Shown here piece by piece: positions 39,196 through 50,493 of a DNA stretch of 64,000 nucleotides (position 1 is the first letter of the stretch; each line of letters starts with the position of its first letter). The translations under genes and the position numbers were made by a program. Under the pieces are notes generated by a model, which was given only the letters and a program-made list of their open reading frames with translations, was not told the DNA's origin and ran no database searches. Source of the DNA: Podarcis cretensis (Eukaryota). Where the stretch lies: positions 25,668,001 to 25,732,000 of the forward strand of contig OX638161.1 of NCBI GenBank assembly GCA_951804945.1, read 5' to 3'.

Positions 39196-39353
39196 ATGTT
39201 CAGCACCATTTTCTGCGGCCGCTACATCATTCTCCTGATGGGTTCTTTCTCCATTTATACCGGCCTGATCTATAACGACTGCTTCTCAAAGTCTCTCAAT
39301 ATGTTTGGCTCATCCTGGAGCGTCCGGCCAATGTTCCTGAAATCCAACTGGAC
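39196..39353 (+). CDS. ATP6V0A1: ATP6V0A1 coding exon 12
   Basis: [52 protein letters not shown](T); 158 nt; contains the luminal NWT sequon. Confidence 0.96.
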
Positions 39354-39633
39354 GTAAGTTGATGAGATGCTCACAAAGGCACAAGGAAGGCCTGTGAAAT
39401 GCTCGCTGTGAGCAGTGTGCTAATGCGGGAGGGGTGGGTGGGAAGAGGAGGACATGGCAGGGATGCAGCAGCACCTCCTGTGTGACTAGCGTATTCTCTG
39501 TGTGGAACTTAAGCTGTTTCCCGCCCCGCCTCCCCTGCCCCCCAGCTGTGCCGAAGATGCGCTCCAGTATTGTGCCTGTGTTGTACTCCGCCAGTCATTC
39601 TTTGTTTATAGCTTTCTGCTCTCTTGCCCACAG

Positions 39634-39724
39634 AGAAGATCTTCTCAAGGAATATCCTAGCCTTCAGCTAAATCCTGCCATTGAGGGTGTCTTCGGTGGG
39701 GCATACCCCTTTGGCATAGATCCG
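39634..39724 (+). CDS. ATP6V0A1: ATP6V0A1 coding exon 13
   Basis: EDLLKEYPSLQLNPAIEGVFGGAYPFGIDP; 91 nt. Confidence 0.95.
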
Positions 39725-40045
39725 GTAAGAGCACCTCCTTGCAGCTACTGTTCACGTGTAGAGTTGTTTGTTTCTTGAACAGCAAGTGTTGATAGGGTGG
39801 TAGAGTTCTGAACTGTGCCACTTCCTCTTAAGTCTCTTTTTGGGCAGCCACCGTGTAAAGAACTCCCTGCATACTGTAAGCTTAGTAAACCAGGGAGGAG
39901 GCTGTGCTGAACTGTTCCCCTTCTGATGTTGCTTTATGAAGGGAACTTTTGAAGTAGAGTATTTTTTAAAAAGACTGAAGCACTACAGTCCTGAATTACT
40001 CTAGTACCTCTTTCTATAGAACAGCTCTGTCTCACAAATTAAGTA

Positions 40046-40205
40046 CATAGAAAGCTGCATCATGCAGAGTCAGACCATTGGTCAGTCTATCTTAGTACTG
40101 CCTACACTGACTGGCAGCAGCTCTCCAGGGTTTCAGGCAGGAATTTCCCCTAGCCTTACCTAGAGAAGCTGCGGGTTGAGAACCTGGGACCTTCTGCATG
40201 AAAGG
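40046..40205 (-). mobile_element. Degenerate SINE-like repeat (related copies at ~12290-12410, ~40860-40950, ~46440-46630)
   Basis: Shared motif CATAGAAAGCTGC...GAGTCAGACCATTGG...ACACTGACTGGCAGCAGCTCTCCAGGGTT...ACCTTCTGCATG recurs in several introns; family assignment tentative. Confidence 0.55.
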
Positions 40206-40686
40206 CAGATTCACTAGAGTCAAATGTGGCATGTTACTGCTGTGGAACGGAAATGCCCTTGAAGTTACTCACCCCTAAAGTGCAACTTGTGTAGTCTGAC
40301 ATCAGGGAATATTAGTGGGCAGTAAGATTGAGACCAAAGTTCACAGTGGGGACAGGCAGGCCTTCAATTATGTGGAGAACACAGGGGAGGGAGATCCAGC
40401 CAGATCCTTGGAGTATCCTTTACACTCAAAGCCTTTCACAGAAACTGTCTTAAAGTTTTTCCTGTAGCCATGAACACACGGTTAACATTTTTAAAAATAA
40501 AAGACACACCACGTCATGCTTGGTCTCAAGGATGCTTTATAAAGTAAAAGGAATGTTCCTACGGAGAGCAGATTATTTTGGATGTTACTGGGGATATTAT
40601 GGGTTTGGGTGTACTTAATTAGCTGTTTCACTGTTTGTCCTCTTCCTTGGTTCTAAACACCCTTGGGTCTTTGCACTTTGCACTAG

Positions 40687-40805
40687 ATCTGGAATATCGC
40701 CACCAACAAGCTGACCTTCCTCAACTCCTTCAAGATGAAGATGTCTGTCATTCTGGGCATCATCCACATGCTCTTTGGCGTCTCTCTCAGTCTGCTCAAT
40801 CACAT
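40687..40805 (+). CDS. ATP6V0A1: ATP6V0A1 coding exon 14
   Basis: [39 protein letters not shown](I); 119 nt. Confidence 0.96.
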
Positions 40806-41018
40806 GTGAGTGTGCTCATTTTAGTTTAGTAGTCAGTAGACAGGCTGAGAAGATGCAGGACCATAGAAAGCTGCCTTATACTGAGCCCAGACCTTTGGTG
40901 TGCCTTAGCACAGTACGGTCTGCACTGACTGGCAGCAGCTCTCCAGGGTTGGAGACATATCTCTTGTATCCGATGATTGAAGGCAGGGTCTTAAATTCCT
41001 TCTTTGCATATCCTCTAG

Positions 41019-41232
41019 CTACTTTAAGAAACCTTTGAACATCTACCTCGGGTTTATCCCTGAAATAGTCTTCATGACATCGCTGTTTGGCTATCTGGTC
41101 ATCCTCATTTTCTATAAGTGGACAGCCTACGATGCTAAGAACTCCATGGATGCACCAAGTCTTCTCATCCACTTCATCAACATGTTTCTCTTCTCCTATG
41201 ATCCCAAAGAAAAGATGCTTTATAAGGGACAG
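41019..41232 (+). CDS. ATP6V0A1: ATP6V0A1 coding exon 15
   Basis: [71 protein letters not shown]; 214 nt. Confidence 0.96.
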
Positions 41233-41739
41233 GTAGGTGGTTTGGTGAGGGCAAGAGCTGTTTTGCAGAAAGCAGCGCCTTCCTTGTTCTGGCTTTAAGT
41301 GTGTGTGTAGGGGAATCTACTGTTGAGCTGGGAGGGGCAAGAATCCTAGAATTGGAAAGGATCCTGAGGATCATCTAGTTTAACCCCCTTCAGTGCAGAA
41401 ATATGCAGCTGTCCCATATGGGGATCGAACCTGCAACCTTGGCATTTCAGCAAGAACTACTTTGCAAACCACATGAAAACATGCAGAAGCTCCCATTTGT
41501 TGTGAAGTTTGTGCAGGAGCACACACATCTGTATCTGCTAGCATTCATGCAATTATTTAGAATATGGGTTTTGATTTAAGAGCATGTTTCTAGACCCTAT
41601 GGCAACAGGGAAGGGTGGGCAAGTTCTCCTGAAAGAATCTGAAAGGGTTCTTCACTCAAACACAGGCAGGAGGGCTTAGGGAACTGGATGTGCTTGCCTG
41701 TTGGTGATAATCTCACTCCCTTATCTCTGTTCCCCACAG

Positions 41740-41847
41740 AAAGGGCTCCAGTGCTTCCTGGTTGTGGTAGCATTGCTGTGTGTGCCGTGGATGCTGGTTG
41801 CCAAACCTCTGGTCCTTCGCCAGCAGTACTTGCGAAGAAAGCACTTG
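41740..41847 (+). CDS. ATP6V0A1: ATP6V0A1 coding exon 16
   Basis: KGLQCFLVVVALLCVPWMLVAKPLVLRQQYLRRKHL; 108 nt; ends in phase 0. Confidence 0.96.
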
Positions 41848-42692
41848 GTGGGTGAATCTGTTTTTCCCTCTTTCCTTTGTTTTTTTTTTTATGTTCTTAT
41901 TTGTTCAGATACTAGAGGTTTAGTCTGGATTTCTGCGATGGAGATCTGCATCCAGATGAAGCTCTGTTAGCACTTCAGTCCTAAGCATACTTTCTTAGAA
42001 TGAAAACGTACTGGAATCATTTGCGACTTACTTTCAGGTTTAGGATTGCAGTTTAAATCCTGCTTGCAGGCAGAGGCACAGCTGTAATTTAGCAAACAGG
42101 CAGCATCTCTCATGACCACTGGTCGCTTTCTGGATCCATCTGAAATCCTGGTTCATATGCATGCATTTGCCACCCATGGCCGGGATCCACAGAGTTGCTT
42201 TAAGTGTGCCCCAACCCACTGGGATTTTTTTAAAAAACCTTTCTTTTGACCAGCCAGCCCCTATTTCACAAAAGAGGCTTTTGAATCTCCCATTTGGTTT
42301 CAGAAGAGATTTGCCCATGTAGAGTGAGACGTTGCTGCTCAAGCAGCCACTTGGGAGTGCGGAACTGGTGTGGTTCTGCTGGAGGAAAATAGCCTTCCAT
42401 CAGCAGAGACATTCAGAATGGTTTAGTCTTAAAACCCGTTGTGCAGCTGGTGACGTTAAGCTTTTAAGGACACCAACCTGCTGCTGTGATTCTCCAGAGA
42501 CGTGGCGGCTGTGGTGTTCTTGTGGCAAGCTGTTAAAGATGCAACAGCCCTTCAAATTGCAGCTCGGTTAAAGACGCTCCCTCTTCCTTCTCTGACCATC
42601 TCATCTCCCCATGACCCCTCCATTCGTCTCCCTTCTTTTCTCTTTGTTTTTCTCCTCCTTTTCCCCTTTTCTTTCCTTCCATTCGCTATCAG

Positions 42693-42767
42693 GAAGGGCA
42701 GCCCGTGGAACCCCCTGTCAGCCCAGCCCAGAGTCCGCAGGCAGTAGAGGCAGCGGCGGCTGCAACA
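42693..42767 (+). CDS. ATP6V0A1: Candidate in-frame cassette exon of ATP6V0A1 (EGQPVEPPVSPAQSPQAVEAAAAAT, 25 aa)
   Basis: ~117-nt AG-free polypyrimidine tract ending ATCAG|, donor ACA|GTGAGT, 75 nt, phase 0-0 matching the flanking exons, no stop codon. Confidence 0.75.
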
Positions 42768-45419
42768 GTGAGTGGATTAAAAGATGCCAAAAGGATGCAC
42801 ATGGCGAGAACGGGAGGTGCCCAGGGGCCTTGGAAAGTATCTGCCCCGAGGAGGAGGAATGGCACAGCGGCCCTTTCCTCGGAAAGATACGTTCCAAGAA
42901 ATCTCATCCTTTCCAAACCCTACACTCACGTGCTCAGGGGACACAACGCAACCGTATAATGTGGTTGGATTTCAAACTTTGGTGTGTATGCCAAGGGTCT
43001 CCTGCAGTTGTGCTTGGCAGAGGACACTAGGCAGTGCTCAGGGGTGTGCTGCCCTCATTTCCTTGGAGTGCTGTCCAGGTTTGTTAGGGCCAGCCGCCGT
43101 TCTTCATAAACTGAGTTGTATGTGCGCATGTCTTGGGATGCACCCAATTCTCCTCTGTGGATGCACACTGCATGGGAAATTGGCAAGGATGGACAACACT
43201 GCCTTATGGGCAGCTTCCTTGTCATTATAAATGTTAATTGTGGAACTCCTGCTAAGTGTCTAAGGAACTTCAGAGTTCCTGGGGCACACAGTTTGAAAAC
43301 CACGGTTGCAGCACAAAGAGATTCTTCGCCCTAGTGTGTGTATGTGGGGGAAGCCCCCTCTTTCCAGATGCCAAGGCCCTTGGCTTTTGCATAGCTGCCA
43401 CTTCTGTGGCTTTCCTCCCCTCCCTTTCTTCACAGTCCTCCCCAGGATTTTTGTCTCTTGAGTACGTTTTTAATTTGCATCCCATGTTTTCAGAGTGCCA
43501 TAATTGGTGGTGTCTCTCAGCAATGCCATCCCTTCTGAGTTCACGTCTCTGGCCTTCACCAGTTTCTTGCTGCCTGCTAGCTAATGGTCGCTTTGGGAAT
43601 CCTTGTGGCAGTGCACTGAGTTGCCGGCTGCCCACTTCAGTGCTGTTCTAAATTGCGCCCACAACTGTCTGTGCCGTTGTGATAGTTGTAGCCTACCTAC
43701 CGACGATTGCTGGAGAGCAAAACAGCTGTTTGCATTTCGGTATGCTGTTGCACTCCAGAAAGTCTTCTGCAGTCAGTTGAATGGCATGCCAGGTTTTTGG
43801 AACAAAGCACATGATTAGTGCTGTGAAATTGGGGTGTGGTATTTAGCAGTTAACCCGGCAAAAAAGTTGTGTGTTCTACAGTCTTGATGCGAGAACATGG
43901 AATTTGCTGCTCATGAAAAATCTGGTAACTTCAGAATTTCTTGCTTTCATGTGGGAAATGGTTTTAACCCTCAAGGCTACAAAGGCGGGTTGAAGAACAT
44001 AGGACCAGAAAGCCCATTAGCCCAGCATTCTTTCCAGATGCTTCTTGGAGCTGGCATGCTTGAACCTGAAGCTGATAACCTTCTCAACATCTGGTATTCA
44101 GAGGTATACTGCCTCTGAGTATGGGCGTCCCATTTGACTTTCAAGTAACTATCTGTGCAGTCGGAAGCCAATGGGATGGGAATATTGCTAGGGCAAGGGT
44201 TTGTAGTGGTCAGGTGCTCTGCAGCCTGCAGATTCCACAGTGTGTCCTGTTAGAAACAATATGGGTTTCCTTTTTGCCAATTTTTTAATAGAATATATCA
44301 AATCTACTTCTTAAAGCAAAGGGTGTACACACAGACAGATCTATGTTCTTTTTTTAAAAAAAATACTGATTAATCTACATTACAAAGAATCCCTTATGGA
44401 CTTATCAAAGTAAGTTGCCTCTAAGAACAATCTAGTTATTAATGTATTCCTTCCTAGCATCTGATGACGGCTGCAGACATTGGAGAGTCTCAAATGGCTG
44501 AATGTATGCCCCAGAAAGGAGTGACTTGGCCTGGCCAGGCCTCCCCATGTAAGGACAGGTCTGGTCTTCCCTGCTTGTGTTGTCGAAGAGCCAGACAGTC
44601 TCACCCATACCCAGCAGCAGAGTTCAGGAGGCTTTGCGTCCATTTCTTCACTTGCTAACAGATTATTTATTTCATAGGCCACTGATTGCATCTTTCTCTA
44701 GGGAATATTGTGAGAGTTCTTGCTGATGTTGCAAACATACAGCCTTTTTTTTTTTTTAAGCATTTGAGATTCTTGATTCCTGGCTCTCCTTCTCTCACTT
44801 CTCCTCTCTCCCCACCCCTCCAGCCCCTAACCCCTAGTTTCCCATTTTGAGAGGTCTGGTAAGCTCTCTACTTTAGACTAATGTTGTTGCGCCAGTTTTT
44901 GCTGCCTTTGGATTCGTAGTAGAAGAAGCTTAGGCTGTTCCGAAGAAGGAGGAGCCCTGGAAAACAGACGAAAGCATGCTTTAGTAGAAAAAACACTTTA
45001 ACAAATTGCTCAGTTCTTGATGCTCAAAAGTGCTGGGAAATAAGGCATGTGCTTATGATCAGGCAATGCAGTGTTTTGTGCTAGACTCGAGGTGGAAAAT
45101 CTAAATGGCAGTCTCTCAATCCCAAAACATTGTGATGCCTGAAGTGCTCTCATGCAAGTCTTGTTTAACTCAATGGGGCAGGCACATGAGAACTTCTCAG
45201 TGGGTTGTGCCCCATGGGTCAGATCTGTCTCCTGTGCCGCTACTGTTATTGGTACCCATAATATGTTGCCTGAGGCAAGTCTCTTGTCTCTCTTTCTCTC
45301 TTTCTCTCTCTCTCATATGGTAGGGCCAGTTCTGCTAATGGCCCTGCATGCCAATTCCATACTAAAACATGAACCGATTGTGTGTCTCCTCTTGTTTTCT
45401 CCTCTGTTGTCTGCTTTAG

Positions 45420-45527
45420 GGGACACTCAATTTTGGTGGGATCCGTGTGGGCAATGGCCCAACTGAAGAAGATGCAGAGATAATACAGCACGACCAGCTC
45501 TCAACCCATTCGGAGGAGGGGGAGGAG
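45420..45527 (+). CDS. ATP6V0A1: ATP6V0A1 coding exon 17
   Basis: GTLNFGGIRVGNGPTEEDAEIIQHDQLSTHSEEGEE; 108 nt. Confidence 0.96.
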
Positions 45528-46963
45528 GTAAGACCTCCCATTCTTTCTTTGTACAACAAACTTTCATTTGGGAGATGTTACAAGAAGGGGTGGACCTTTT
45601 ATGACTCTCCTTACATATATTACCAGGTCAGACCAGGCCTGTATCCATTTACCCTCTCTTGCAGCTGACATTTACTCAAACTAGCCAAAGCAGACTGCTT
45701 GGAAACTGTGTTGCCCCAATAACTGTTTTTCTTAAGACTAGGGAAGCTCAATTTGACACTTGGGAACACTTCCTGTAGTGTCTTTGTTCTGGCACTTGGA
45801 AAAACCTGTGGGCAGCCCCCTTCAAAAGGTGGTTGTAATAAGCTGAGGCTGTGTCTTAAGTTCTCAATAGTTTGTGGTGGACGGGGGTCCCTTTCAAGGC
45901 GGGTAGTAAAGACTTCAGGTCAGATTTGAGGGTCTGTTACAATCTCCTCGCTTCCCGATGGGAAACCTCTGAATGGGCTGCCTCACTGCTGCCCTTGTTT
46001 CAAAGAGAACTGAACAAGGGATCTTCCATTCAGTTTGCTTGTCTGCATGGGAGAAGGTCTTCCGATTTTTCCAGGCAGACCACTATGTCTCAGGGTGGTG
46101 GGAGGTGCATCTTAGCTGTGCAGGCTCTTGTTATCCGCTGTTTGAAGAGGGCATCCTTGTACGCTACCTTTGTGTACAAGGCAATCTTACTGAGATGGCT
46201 TAGACCCCTGAAACATTAATAAAAACTCAAGCATACAGGATCTCTGGTTATAGTTGGTGATGTGGCAGTTCAAAATGTAAGCCAGTTGAGCAGTGTAATG
46301 GGTCTTGTCCTGTCCTGAGGGCTGCTGTCCTAACAGAGGTTTTAGCCTTCATATAAAATGAGCATTCTCAGGGTTCCTTGCTGGAAAGCAGTTTTAAGTT
46401 CTGAGAACAGGCATTGCCATTGGTGCAAATGTATGAACCTGCCATATCTTGAATCAGACTGTCCCACCTAGCCTTAGTGCTGTCTACTTTTGATTGACAG
46501 TGTCTCTCCAGAGTGTTAGGAAGTCTTTCCTAGCTCTACTTCCTGAGATCCTTTGGAGAATCCCTTAGAGATGCCAGGGATTAAATGCGGGTCCTTAATG
46601 CATGCAGAGTATGTGCTCTTAACTTTGAGCTTTGACACACACACACACCCCTACAATGCACAATGTACACTACAAGCTTTCAGAGTTTTTCACAACTGGT
46701 ACACAAGAAGCACTGTAAAACTAGACTAATATCCCTCAAATTGTGATGATAGGGCTGAAACTGAGAGCTGATGGTTTGGCAAATCAGTCTTGGCCTTCTC
46801 TCCCTTGGGGAGAAGTCACAGTTGTTACCAATGCAAAATGAAGTGGAATGCAGCAACAGCAATGATAGAGCACAGTTGCATTTTAGGATATTGCACTGAA
46901 AGAGGATATGCTCTTGTGTTATCAAATGATTTACCAAACCAAATATTCCCTTGTGTTTTCAAG

Positions 46964-46981
46964 CCTGCCGTGGAGGAGGTG
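46964..46981 (+). CDS. ATP6V0A1: ATP6V0A1 18-nt alternative microexon (PAVEEV)
   Basis: TTTTCAAG|CCTGCCGTGGAGGAGGTG|GTAAGC; same position and size as the mammalian neuronal 6-aa insert (P[S/T]EDEV). Confidence 0.85.
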
Positions 46982-49900
46982 GTAAGCCTGTAGCCAGTTT
47001 CTCTGTCTGTCTTTATCCAGATCATTGCTCCCATCACTGTAAAGCATTTTGTAGAATTAGGCATATTTGCACCTGTGACTTGAAATTCTTTCTTCATCTT
47101 TTCATAGCATCTCATTTTGTGATGCCTCCTTCTTGTAATCAGAGGTCAATAATACCCATTTCCATAGAAAACAGCTTCATATTCATTTAAAAACAAAAGA
47201 CATGTTTGTTTGAACAGCTGCATGTGCTTAATGGGGACCCACTGCCTTACCTTTGTAGTGTGGGTTGCATATTTGTCACTGTTATGTGCACAACCTGTGC
47301 ACCTCAATAATTTGTAGAACAGAATCCCAAAAGTAGCAGAAGCCTTTGGAACGGGACGTGGACATGTTTGTACCTTTATTTTAAAAAGCCAACTTCCTCA
47401 ATCCCCTGAACTCCAGCGTGCCCCTTAATTGCCAAATTTCCAATATCCCTGGGGCATGCTCTCCTGGGTCTTTTTGCTTATTCCCATGGCCGTTTCCTGA
47501 AAATTCTGGCAAGACTTTACAACAGGATCACTCATTGGACAGTTCATGCAACATCTCACTGAGAGAGCTGACTACAGACACGCTGAGGTTAGTTTTTTTA
47601 CAGTTGCTGGGAGGGAAAACCCACCCCACCTGGCATTGAGCTAAGCTGAACCATGGTTAGCACAAACACTTGAGCATGCAGGTTCCAGAAGAGGAGATCA
47701 CAGTCACTTTGCTTCTGCTCCCATCCTCTTGTTGCTGCAGGTTTGGCCTGAGTGTCATCAGAGCCTGGACTTGTGGTTCGTGCCACTCTAGACAAGCCAC
47801 AAGCTATCATCAAGGTTTCTTGGTTTTACAGCTTGTGGTTTTTCTAGAGAAGACAAACCACGAGCCTGGGTTCAGATGACACACTGAGCCAAACTGTGGC
47901 TTAGCTCACAGCAGTGCAGAGAAGGTGCAAAATGACATTCTCCCCAAGTTGGTTTATTGTTCTGTGCAAATTGAGCCAATCAGTTGATAAACATTCAGAT
48001 TAGGAGTGACGGATGCAAGTCTTCAGGTGGGGTGTTAATGTTCACTAGCCACCTACTCAAAGTCAACAGGTCTGGACACAATCCACCAGTAAAAGGGGGA
48101 GTTAGTGGATTGGGATTCCACAGCATATTTGCTCCTTGCTTTGACTTCTTTATCTAGCTTTTGTGGAGAGCCACCTCCCTGGCAGCCAACGATAGCAAAA
48201 GTTAAAAATAGACATTTTATCTTTGTGCCTCTGCCAAGAGAAAATGCAGCAACCTCCACATCAGTCAGCTGATAAGAGGCTCTGATCATGGATATCAATG
48301 CAGTGATGGTAAATGCTGGATGGGCCCAGAAGGTTCTGCATAGGAAAAGAGCAACACTTGAATTGCCCCCATTGCCTTTGTACAATAACCATGGAAATGC
48401 TGAGCAGTGCAGTCCTGAGGGGTCTGTTGCCAGGCTGCAAAAGTACGGAAATTAACTTAGTAAGCAGTGCATCGAAAGAACTGGAATATTGCTTATAATT
48501 TTAATGTTGGTTTATCCATCTTCTGCTGCTGCAGCCATCCTTTCAATCACCTGCTGGCTCTTACAGCATTGTGCTTTGTTGCTTGTCCTTCAAATACATG
48601 TTGGAGATTGGCAGGGCACAGTGTCCTGCAGTTCTGATGGAGTGCAGAATGAGGCTTTGGGCACAGAATTCAGCCGCCTGAAAAAGTCAGCTTTCACTTG
48701 CACTCCTCTTCTCCCCGCGCCCCCTAACACATTCCTAGCCCTCTTCACTGTGATGGTATGCCTGAACGTTTATGGGCAAATGCCTACTGAAATGTCAGAA
48801 GCCGGGGTGGGGGGTGGAATGTAGCTGAACAAACTGCCCTGCTTATTGCAGGTGGGGATTCATTGCCTGCTACCATTTCTTGTTGTCCTGCCCTGCCTGC
48901 CCCCCCCCCCCAGCATGACTAGCAAAAAACCCCAGGATCAGTTATATAATTATAGTGGGGACGGGGGTGGGAACCCATCAGACTCGATTATGCCAAAAGG
49001 AGGCCAAGCAAATTTTGATCATTTTGATGTAGAGCATGTGCATCCCTGGAGTCTAGTAATTTCATAGCTTGCTTGGCACACTCTCATCAGGGCAGCTTTT
49101 GCTAAGAATTTTTGTTTCTTGGTTCCAAAGCTTGAGGCCTAAATGTTAACAAGTAGCTTGCCTTCCTCAGTCTGAAATGTTTGCTGTGCTGGATACTGGA
49201 GGGGAATGAGAGAGCGCTCAGTTCACCTTTATCTTGGAACAGTTTTGGAACTTGGCAGCTTTAGCTGGGTGTAGTCCGTTTGATTGCTAGAAGACTCCAG
49301 AGATTCTGAGATGTGGCAGACAAAAATACTAAGATGGGATTTTTCACAACTTTGATTTTGCAACACTTAATCTCTCTCTGGTCACTTCTCCTCCTCCTAG
49401 TTGTTATTCAAACCTTCGCCACAGTGACTTAAGCAGCATTTCCTAAGAGGATTTGGGGACGGTGGGGGATGGCAGGGTGGCAAGCAAGAGGGGACAGCAG
49501 GCTTAACCAAATCTCAGCAGAGGCAAGCAAGGTCCTGTCTGGCACCCAGTTTTGTAATGGAAATGTGAGCCTCGCCTGATTGTATGCCGACATTAGTTGT
49601 TCCTAATTATGTCCATTTCCCTTGCAGTCTGTCACTTCTGGATTCCAAGGCCACTTGAGTGCCTTTTAATGCCAGGCAAATAAGGATTCTGCCATAGATA
49701 CATGGATAGAGTGACTCCTGCTGTCTGTGCCTGATCCAGCTACTAAATCTTAGCTTTCAGTTTACCACCAAGAAGGGCAGGGCTGAGGAACATTCAAGTA
49801 GAGTCTTAGATCTGAACAAGCCATTGAACACTTGTACATTTTAATGGCGCTGAGTGTCCTGCAGTTTTGAGTTGTGTTGAGCAAGTGATCCTCCCAAGTC

Positions 49901-50077
49901 TTGGTGAACAGAGAGGGAAATAGTCCGGCCAGCGTTCTAGCTGTGAGCTTTGAGTGCCCTTGCAATAGAGTTAGTTGCTGTTGCTGCTACTGTTGCTGTC
50001 CCTGCTTTCTAGCTGTCTAGTCGTTGCTGCACACTCCACCGACCGCTCAGACCTGGCTTTATTACTTCCTCTTGCAG

Positions 50078-50195
50078 TTTGACTTTGGGGACACTGCTGT
50101 TCACCAGGCCATCCATACCATCGAATACTGCCTGGGCTGCATCTCCAACACAGCGTCATACCTTCGCCTCTGGGCGCTTAGCCTGGCGCATGCAC
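50078..50195 (+). CDS. ATP6V0A1: ATP6V0A1 coding exon 18, contains the essential Arg of [12 protein letters not shown] (codon 50165-50167)
   Basis: [39 protein letters not shown]; 118 nt. Confidence 0.97.
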
Positions 50196-50227
50196 GTGAG
50201 TAGCTTCACCATGGCTGGCTCTTTTGA

Positions 50228-50493
50228 TTTTTTTTTAAAATAAATATTTATTAGATTTTTCCAAGTTAATACAAAACACAAACAAAAAACAAAAATGCAC
50301 AAAGAATAACAAACAAACAAACAAACAAACAAACAAAACAAATGTAATTTTCATTACTTATTCCATTAACTTATTTCCCGGACCTCCTCTCACCTCCCCC
50401 TTTTGTATTCCAGTTCGAGTTCTTAACTCAGCAAATCCTTATTATAACTTATTATAACTTATTTTAACTTAATACTCAACCTTTACATTACAG
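50228..50493 (-). mobile_element. 5'-truncated non-LTR retrotransposon (L1-like 3'UTR) insertion
   Basis: Poly(T) at the left end with minus-strand AATAAA just inside; perfect 18-bp TSD CATGGCTGGCTCTTTTGA at 50210-50227 and 50494-50511. Confidence 0.85.
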
